This document shows positions 12,273 to 64,000 of a DNA stretch of 64,000 bases, one piece after another (position 1 is the first letter of the stretch; each line of letters opens with the position of its first letter). Both the position numbers and the translations under genes were made by a program. The notes under the pieces are model-generated. The model did no database searches. It had not been told where the DNA came from and saw nothing but the letters and a program-made list of their open reading frames with translations. The DNA is from Eledone cirrhosa. Lineage: Eukaryota. The DNA is taken from NCBI GenBank assembly GCA_964016885.1, contig OZ024740.1:203484001-203548000 (forward strand). Direction: 5' to 3'.

Positions 12273-15200
12273 CCATACATCCCCCATGAGGTCAAACTGA
12301 AGTATAAATCCAGTGAAGCTTCCAGCCCACACTGTAAAGTGGTTGGGATGGCAACATGGCAAAAAGCACTCAGTACTCATTGTAAATGAGGTTGGCGCTA
12401 AGAAAGGCATCCAGCTGTAGAACCAAGCCAAAATCAGTTCTGTATGAGCAAGACATGGTCACCTGACCTAGCATTGGTCACAACAAGATAACTCGACTAA
12501 TCAATGCCAGTGTGGAAAAATGGACGTTAAACGGTGATGATGGTGATGATATATGAGAGCAGTCTGTGTTGGTATGGACAGTGACTGATGCTAGGAAATG
12601 CCACAGTAGAGGACAACCAAGAAAGCAAGAAAGATCGAGGCGGAGGTTGTGAGAGTGGACCTCAAATTGCTAAGACTGGAAGAGGAGATGATGAAAGAAC
12701 GCGACAAGTGGAGAGATACCATGCTGAGGACCCGTCCAACCCATGCAAGCATGGAGAAGTGGGTGTAAAAACGAAGATGATGATATATATATATGTATAA
12801 CTTTATTTTATTATAGAAATGATTTCTACAAGACTAGAACTGTTTCATTTGTACGAAATCAACAGAAAGTCTATATTCTGTCTCTCTCTTTCTCTCAATA
12901 TATATATATATAATCATCATCATTTTACGTCCACTTTTCCCTGCTTGCAAGGGTTGGACGGGTCCTATTCAGCACAGCATCTCTCCACTTGTCACGGTCC
13001 TTCATCATCTCCTCGGTGAGTTTCAGCAATCTGAGGTCTGCTCTCACCACCTCCGCCTATGTTTTCCGTGGTCTATCTCTACTGCGTCTTCTCTCCACTG
13101 GGACTTCCTGGCACTTATTCACCCAGCGGTCATCCTCCATGCGCATCACATGTCCATACCATCTCAGCCTTCTCTCCTGCACACCACAACTTATCCTTCT
13201 TATACCAGTTTCTTTCTCAACTCGTCTATGCACATTGACATTGCACATCCAACAGAGCATACTTGCATCATTTCTCTCCAGCCGTCGCATATCCTCTACA
13301 GTTGCTGCCCATGTCTCACTACCATATTATATGTGTTTATGTGTGTGTGTGTTTGACTATATTAGACAGAAGTACATAAGTCTGTCTATCTGTGTCACTA
13401 TGTTAGTCATACAATGGTCTATATATAGTATATATATATATATCATCATCATAATCACCACTACTTTTTAAAGGCTTATTTTCCATGCTTGTATGGTCAG
13501 ATGGGTCGTCCACACTGTGAGGCAACTTTGGCCAGATGGCCACGCCATATCTTGCTCAAACGGAACTGCATTTTGCCCATTCTTTTATAGCTGGATGCCC
13601 TTCCTAACACCAACCACGCTTACAGTGTGGAACTGGATGGTCTCATTATTGTCTGGCCAATTGGCCATGCCACACCCTGCTCATAAGCGGATCCATATTT
13701 GGGAACTGGGTAGACCCGTTACGAGGAAGGTCTGGCCAGTTGGCCATGTTGAACCTTGCTCATAGTGTTTTGGCAGAGAATTTTTATGGCTGCTGGATGC
13801 CTTACCTAACACCAACCACATTTACAGTGTGAGACTGGGTGGTCACATTTATGAGGCAAGTCTGGCCAGTTGGCCATGCTGCATCTTGCTCATATGGGAC
13901 CATGTCTTGGCTGGGTTCTTACAGCTGCTAGATATTCTTCCTAGCAGCTACAAAGTTTACAGTGTGGAACTGCATGTTCCTGTTATGCGGATCAGATTGA
14001 ATCGGATTACTGTCTAACATGATCACATATTTTCTTAAATCTTTAATAAAATAAACATAAACGTTTGTTATTTCATCAAACATTCAGATTTAAACAAACA
14101 TATATACTTGATATTTTAGATTAAAATATGTCTCATTAAATATTAAGCTTGTATGATTGTTGAAAACTTCATGTAGTGTGTGAAAATTTCTTCAAATATT
14201 TAGGTTAAATGAACATTTCTCAAACAAATCTTTGTCAAAATAGATAGTTTATGATTTTTCAAATTAAGTTTATCATGAAGATGTCTGAAACCAAAACCAA
14301 GTCAGTTGTCAAACAACTAGAAAACACTTACTTCATTATCCTAAATTTGTCCATCTCAACAGCTTTAGACTCCCTGTAATGTATCCCTGCTATAAACTCC
14401 TTCCAAGGTAAAATTCCATACACTTTCAACAAATATGTTTTATAGAAATCATCAGCTTTTGAGTTCAATTCTTCCAACTCTTTCATTCTCCGTTCTTGTT
14501 CAGCTTTTCTCTGAAATGTTCAACAGAAATCAGCTCTCTACATGTGATGGTATTAGACAATATAAGAATAATTTGAAAAAAGTAAATGAAGTGTGAGACC
14601 AGAGGCTACAGTGTTTGGCTATTAGAGACAATATATGGATTGAGAGGTGGACTCTTAGATTCTGGCTATGCCTTGAATCAAGTCAACCAAATCAACCCCA
14701 GTCCATCACTGGTTATTTTATCGACCACATTAGGATGAAAGGCAAATCTAACCTCAGCGGGATTTGAACTCAGAATATAAAGAGACATAACTCTATGCCA
14801 CAAAGCATGTTGTCCAATGCTCTACCAATACGTTTCATATATTGGCATGGTTTCTATGGTTGGATGCTCTTCCTAATGTCAACTGCTTTACAAAGTGTAT
14901 TGGGTGCATTTTATCATAGTACCAGTATTACCACTTTACAGAGTTCACTGGGTGGATATATTATGGCACCAACACTGCCACTTTACAGAATGTGCTAGGT
15001 GCATTACCAATTTACAACTCGATAAAGCAAGTACTGCGGTTGATATGATCGACTTGATTCAAGGTATAGCCACAATCTAATAACTGAAACAAAAGAACAA
15101 AAGAATAATACCTCTTTCTCTAAACGTTTCTGCGCTTCCTTTGCTTTCATTTTAGCTTTCCTCTTTTCCTTTTCAGCTTGTAGTTGTTCCTCCATATATT

Positions 15201-18200
15201 TCTTTTGGATCATCTAACAATATAAGAGAGTTTTAGGGATGATAACAGATAACAGACTGAAGTAATGTGCTTGATGACACCAGGTGTTGACAGGGATGTA
15301 GGACACAGGAAGTAGATGAGTCTCAATATATTACTGGTACTTACACATCTTAAGATCATTGTCATCATAATCATCATTTAATGTAGGCTTTTCCTGTTAG
15401 TAATGGTTGGACATGTCATGACAGACCAAGTCAGTACTTAATCAGAGCCACAGACCTCACAGGGCCATGCATTTTATTGTGGTACCAGCCATAGGGAGAT
15501 TGTCATGTCTTTGACACAACTAAAGAGGTTTCTCGACCCTTTATTTGGCTGGATGCCTTTCCTATCACCATTAATATAGAAGAGTAAGACCCATGATGGG
15601 GTAGATGACAGTGTTAAATTCATCTTATGGTCTTCCATCTTACCCCACTGGTAGAGCAGTAGCAATAATAATAGTTTATAACATAGGTACATGGCCAAAA
15701 TTCTTGGGGAAGAAGAGGGGGTATTTAATGAACTCCAGAACTTAACTGGTGCTTAATTTTATCAAACCTGGAAGTATGAAAGGAAAAGTTGACCTTGGCA
15801 GGATTTGAAATCAGAACTAAAGAGCCACAACAAATATCACAAAGTATGTTTCTGATGCTCTAATGAATCTGCCAGTTCACTGCCCTGATCAATAATTATT
15901 GCTCCATCCATGACACATCACCACTTACTCCCTGCCCACTCACATCCTTGATTCCCTCTTCTTTGTCCAACAATGCCACCATGGAAAGAACCCCACAAAG
16001 TACCACCAAACATCACACATTATTTAAGGTTAGCTCTCTTTCTCACCCCATTTCAAGTAACACATATCTCATCCCCATCACTGCCTTCTCAACCTAGCCA
16101 AGGATGACATGACAAGCACCCTAGTGTTGAAAAAAAGTGGTAATGTTGTTGCCACAATAAAATGCATCCAGCTTACTCTGAAAAGTGGTAGTGCTGGTGC
16201 CATGATAAAATATACCCAGCTGACTCCTTAACGTGGTAGTGCCGGTACCATAAAAGCACCCAATCCGCCCTGTAAGGTGGTAGTGCTGGACATGCTGTGA
16301 TGTGATTGGCATTAGAAAGGGCATTCAGTCATAGAACTCTTGCTAGAATGGAATATATGATTGAGATGCAGTCATCTGAGCTGTCTAATCTCAGAACATG
16401 ACAACATGTCTATCCCATGCAAGTATGGAAAAGAGACAATGATGATAATGAATAGTTTCTAACATAGACATAAGACCAAAATATTGCAGTGATGGGCAGC
16501 ATTTAGTCAATTAAATCAACCCCAGTAATTAAAAAGTATTTAATCAACTCTGGAAGAATGAAAGGTAAAGTGGGCTTCAGCAGGATTTGATCTCAGAACA
16601 TTTCAGATTCAGTTTTATGCCTAAATAGGAGCAGGCATGACTTTATGGTTAAGGAGTTCACTTTGCAACGACATGGTTCTGGGTTCAGTTTCACTTCTCA
16701 ACACTTTGGGCAAGTATCTTCTACTATAGTCTCAGTCATAAGAACTGTGTCATAAGAAGCAAAAGGACCTACCTTTGCATCATCACTCATGTCTGGACTG
16801 AATCTCCCTGCATGATGCTCACCTGTTTCACGTTTGGCTAGAGACCATAGCAAAACTCACACACTCATTCATACCAGTCATTACAAACTGTCCACACACT
16901 TCCACAGCACATGGACCAAGAGAGTGACCTGGCCCACACTTCTAACAAGACTTTCCCTGCTCTTCCGGCTCCCTAGACCCACAGACTGAAACCAGTAGAA
17001 GAATAAAAAGTAAATAGATCTACCAATTTCTCTTCAATTTCTCTTTTCTTCCTATCTTCTCTTTCCATTTTCAGGCGTTTTCTCTCTATGGCACGTTTCT
17101 CAATATCTGAAATTTAACCAATTTCTACATCATGTAAAATTGAATTGGAATAAGAATTTTGGAATATCATTTTCCATTTTCGAGAATTTTTCAGTAATTA
17201 CCCAGCTTAATGCTGGGCTAGGTTAGAATGTTTCAGGAAAGAATTGCAGGACAGATTTTACAGGCAAAACCAACCGACAAGAGAGCCAGGGGTAGACCCT
17301 AAGCAAGATGTTTGGATAACATCCATGAGCTTGGCTGGTCTCACTTGAGAATCCAGCCAGATCAGTTGGAGACAGTTGCTTCTAACAGGAAACAAAAGAC
17401 CCACTGGAAAGAGTGTTTAAGGACTTTGTCCCCACAACCCTCTCAGGAATAAGTGGTTGAAGAAGTTATCCAGCCATAATTTTTTCCATGTATCTCTCTT
17501 AACTTATTTTGGAACTATTTAATAATTTCTTGCAATAAATTTCCCTGCATCTGTCTCCACTTTAGCTGTTGTTATTGTTACCACTCCACAACTACTGCAC
17601 TGGATCTCCATCAGTTCCAACAAAGAATGTTCCAGTTCTTTGATCAACATGGAAGAACCTGTTCATGAAATTAACCTGGCAGTAGCTGAACATGATAGAA
17701 ACAACAGGCTAACACAAGTATGGTCTGCTGTAAACTTGCTAGATAAGGTGTGGAAATCTAAACATAACCACAAAATAAAAGTTAGATTATTCAAAGCTAC
17801 AGTTACATTAAATAATTGTTTCTACTATTGGCACAAGGCCAGCAATTATTCCAGTACATTACTGGTACTTTATTTTATCGACCCCGTAAGGATGAAAGGC
17901 AAAGTTAACCTTGGCGAGATTTGAACTCAGGCCATAGAGGGACGTAACTCTTTGCTGCAAAGCATGGCGTCAGACCCTCTACCGATACTGCCAATCCACC
18001 GCTCTACAGTTACATTAAATAATGGATATGAAATAGAAGAGCGCTTACTATTCAAGAATGTTTGGTTTCTTCGAGTGTTAGAAGTTGAAGTTGAAGTTGA
18101 AGGACGAGACCCAACATGTGACCCACCATGGGACTCATCATGAGACACACCTCGAGGCTTATCATGTGAACCATCATGTAATCCATCACAGGACTCAGTG

Positions 18201-18311
18201 CGTGACACAGTGTGAAGATCAGTACAAGATTGTATGCAAGACTCAGTACGAGATTCAGTATATGATTCTGAGCAGGACTCTGTATATGAGTCATTTTGAG
18301 ATTCAGGACAA
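8596..18311 (-). CDS. CCDC191: Coiled-coil domain-containing protein 191-like, 3' part (7 exons, about 350 aa, ends in TGA)
   Basis: Exons join in phase. The peptide IEKRAIERKR...FYKTYLLKVYGILPWKE...ELRQKVALLLPDF parallels the human CCDC191 C-terminus as I recall it (MEERAIQR, HYERVLLRKKGLEPWKR, QLRRKVVEILPDF). Confidence 0.82.
9269..9423 (-). CDS. CCDC191: CCDC191-like exon (HKNYQLALEKKA...EKEEIAQKFYL)
   Basis: cag/gtaag, phase consistent. Confidence 0.85.
9456..10304 (+). mobile_element. Internally deleted Tc1/mariner-superfamily element, DD37D (maT) type
   Basis: TA TSD, TIR CAGGGTGCGGACGATAT; transposase remnant WQQDS...WPPS*PDCNPFD with 37 residues between the last two Asp. Confidence 0.88.
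10488..10675 (+). mobile_element. tRNA-derived SINE, family A (many copies, e.g. 8277-8440, 17817-18003 minus, 26085-26260 minus, 39330-39515, 43036-43200, 60048-60225)
   Basis: A/B boxes (TGGCAGTATCGG, GAGTTCAAATCC) and conserved core GCCTTTCATCCTTACGGGGTCGATAAAATAAAGTACCAG; the 17817-18003 copy has a 20-bp TSD ctacagttacattaaataat. Confidence 0.9.
10905..11285 (+). mobile_element. RTE-clade (Expander/Rex3-like) LINE 3' fragment; copies at about 17215-17465, 24065-24378 (minus), 33470-33930, 35045-35362, 36340-36832, 50160-50552, 58135-58540
   Basis: Copies translate to LLLRIERSQLQYYGHVVRMSQERI...GRPRARWLDNI and end in a GAAGAAGA tail. Confidence 0.88.
11307..11424 (-). CDS. CCDC191: CCDC191-like exon (KTLISWHQH...ADLFYENILVKRHFICWKN)
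   Basis: cag/gtatgt, phase consistent. Confidence 0.85.
11485..11740 (+). mobile_element. tRNA-derived CORE/V-domain-like SINE (another copy about 29475-29740)
   Basis: A/B boxes, cacttcatttcacattgctccag core, cctgcaatggactggtgtcctgtccaggg segment. Confidence 0.7.
12555..13325. mobile_element. Two RTE-type LINE 3' fragments in tail-to-tail orientation (about 12555-12785 plus, 12913-13325 minus)
   Basis: ORF 13057-13290 RLRWYGHVMRMEDD...RPRKT; shared tail ccaacccatgcaagcatgga...gatgatga. Confidence 0.8.
14332..14510 (-). CDS. CCDC191: CCDC191-like exon (RKAEQERR...YGILPWKEF...RIM)
   Basis: cag/gtaag, phase consistent. Confidence 0.85.
15112..15213 (-). CDS. CCDC191: CCDC191-like exon (MIQKKYMEEQ...KRLEKE)
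   Basis: 34 codons, tag/gt. Confidence 0.82.
17024..17106 (-). CDS. CCDC191: CCDC191-like exon (IEKRAIERKRLKMEREDRKKREIEEKL)
   Basis: ttcag/gtag, phase consistent. Confidence 0.82.
18049..18311 (-). CDS. CCDC191: CCDC191-like exon with 12-nt (tetrapeptide) repeats
   Basis: gtaagc donor in phase 1 matches the next exon; the acceptor (cccaaag) is less certain. Confidence 0.6.
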
Positions 18312-18391
18312 CTTTGGGATAGATTAAGAGAAATATTAATTTTAGATAGAAACATGATACATACATTAATATTGCTATTGTCAGTTATTGT

Positions 18392-18555
18392 CAGGACCTC
18401 CAAGAGAAATTTTGCAAGGCGTTACAAGACACCTTTGGGGCCCAAAGCAGGCAAAGATTTTTCTCAAAATGGACCTTGCATGGTTGCTGTGGGGCCTTCT
18501 TCACTCATAGGCCCTGGAACAAAGTACCGGCTGGAACCCCTTCTCATAGACCCTG
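18392..18555. mobile_element. hAT-type MITE
   Basis: 8-bp TSD gttattgt (18384-18391, 18556-18563); CAGG...CCTG termini. Confidence 0.75.
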
Positions 18556-18728
18556 GTTATTGTTGTGTAACCCCTGGTCAAGCCAGATCAAAATGTCCTA
18601 TAATGAACGGTAGTTCAACTATAACCATACACCATCCCAATGTGTTATAGGTTATGTAGGACTACCTATGTAATATATCCTATTCTTATATGTGACAGTA
18701 TGTAGCCTAAGGGTTAGAGTTTTGGACA

Positions 18729-18928
18729 NNNNNNNNNNNNNNNNNNNNNNNNNNNNNNNNNNNNNNNNNNNNNNNNNNNNNNNNNNNNNNNNNNNNNNNN
18801 NNNNNNNNNNNNNNNNNNNNNNNNNNNNNNNNNNNNNNNNNNNNNNNNNNNNNNNNNNNNNNNNNNNNNNNNNNNNNNNNNNNNNNNNNNNNNNNNNNNN
18901 NNNNNNNNNNNNNNNNNNNNNNNNNNNN
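18729..18928. other. Assembly gap (200 N, probably a placeholder size)
   Basis: Run of exactly 200 n. Confidence 0.99.
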
Positions 18929-19356
18929 ATCACGCTGAATCTCCCTGAGAATTATGTTAAGGGCATCTATGCCTGTAAGATACTCAGCTATGTGCACCTT
19001 AATTTCATGAGTAGGCTATTCCATTGTTCAAACACCTGGGAGACCTGTCAGACCCAATCAATATCCATATTTAGAGTATAAAAATAATGGTTTCTTGTTT
19101 AGGTACAAGGCCAGCAATTTGGAGGGAGGGGAAAGTCGATTAAATTGACCCGAATGTGTGACTGGTACTTTATTTTATCGACCCTGTAATGATGAAAGGC
19201 AAAGCTAACCTCGGTGAGATTTGAACTCACAATGTAAAGGGCTATAGCTCTATGCCATGAAACGGTGTCCGACACTCTACCGATATTGCCAATCCACCAC
19301 CCTAGAGAATATATATATATATATAACATCATGTAAAATATTGTAACTAGTCTTAC

Positions 19357-63514
<44,158 letters not shown>

Positions 63515-63519
<5 letters not shown>

Positions 63520-64000
63520 CTACCAAATATATAAATATAACACTACTATCAACATTCTACCATATATAAATATAGACACTACTACCAACACTCCACCAAT
63601 ATCCTATCAAATATATAAATATAGACACTACTACCAACACACCACCAATATTCTATCAAATATATAAATATAGACACTACTACCAACACTCCACCAATAT
63701 TCTATCAAATATATAAATATAGACACTACTACCAACACTCCACCAATATTCTATCAAATATATAAATATAGACACTACTACCAACACTCCACCAATATCC
63801 TATCAAATATATAAATATAGACACTACTACCAACACTCCACCAATATCCTATCAAATATATAAATATAGACACTACTACCAACACTCCACCAATATCCTA
63901 TCAAATATATAAATATAGACACTACTACCAACACTCCACCAATATCCTATCAAATATATAAATATAGACACTACTACCAACACATCACCAATATCCTATC
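63515..64000. repeat. 49-bp minisatellite running off the window end, overlapping a POLE acceptor
   Basis: Unit tatcaaatatataaatatagacactactaccaacactccaccaatat(c/t)c, about 9-10 copies. Confidence 0.95.

Noticed and set aside
17927-18403. 158-aa ORF as a standalone gene
   Set aside because: It starts in a hAT MITE and ends in a SINE; only 18049-18311 behaves as an exon.
18652-19081. ORFs spanning the gap
   Set aside because: Made of N bases.

Overview
AT-rich, microsatellite- and SINE-dense animal genomic DNA. The repeat landscape suggests an octopus/coleoid cephalopod (inference). By reading GT-AG junctions I reconstructed two multi-exon genes on the minus strand, with reading phase consistent at every internal junction. 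(1) 27 exons (63519 down to 19357, about 1265 codons) of DNA polymerase epsilon catalytic subunit POLE, from the late polymerase domain into the C-terminal half. (2) The last 7 exons (18311 down to 8596) of a CCDC191/KIAA1407-like gene. The two are separated only by a 200-N gap that must hide the POLE 3' end and the CCDC191 5' part. Introns hold tRNA-derived SINEs, RTE/RTE-X/CR1 LINE fragments, a DD34D mariner, a DD37D maT element, piggyBac-, hAT- and pogo-type MITEs, non-autonomous Helitrons, a possible solo LTR, minisatellites and fold-back hairpins. I cannot establish a new biological system from sequence alone. The best leads are minisatellites built from, or hugging, splice sites; inverted-repeat dsRNA structures next to POLE exons (candidate A-to-I editing substrates); and Penelope-like fold-backs with hammerhead-like cores.
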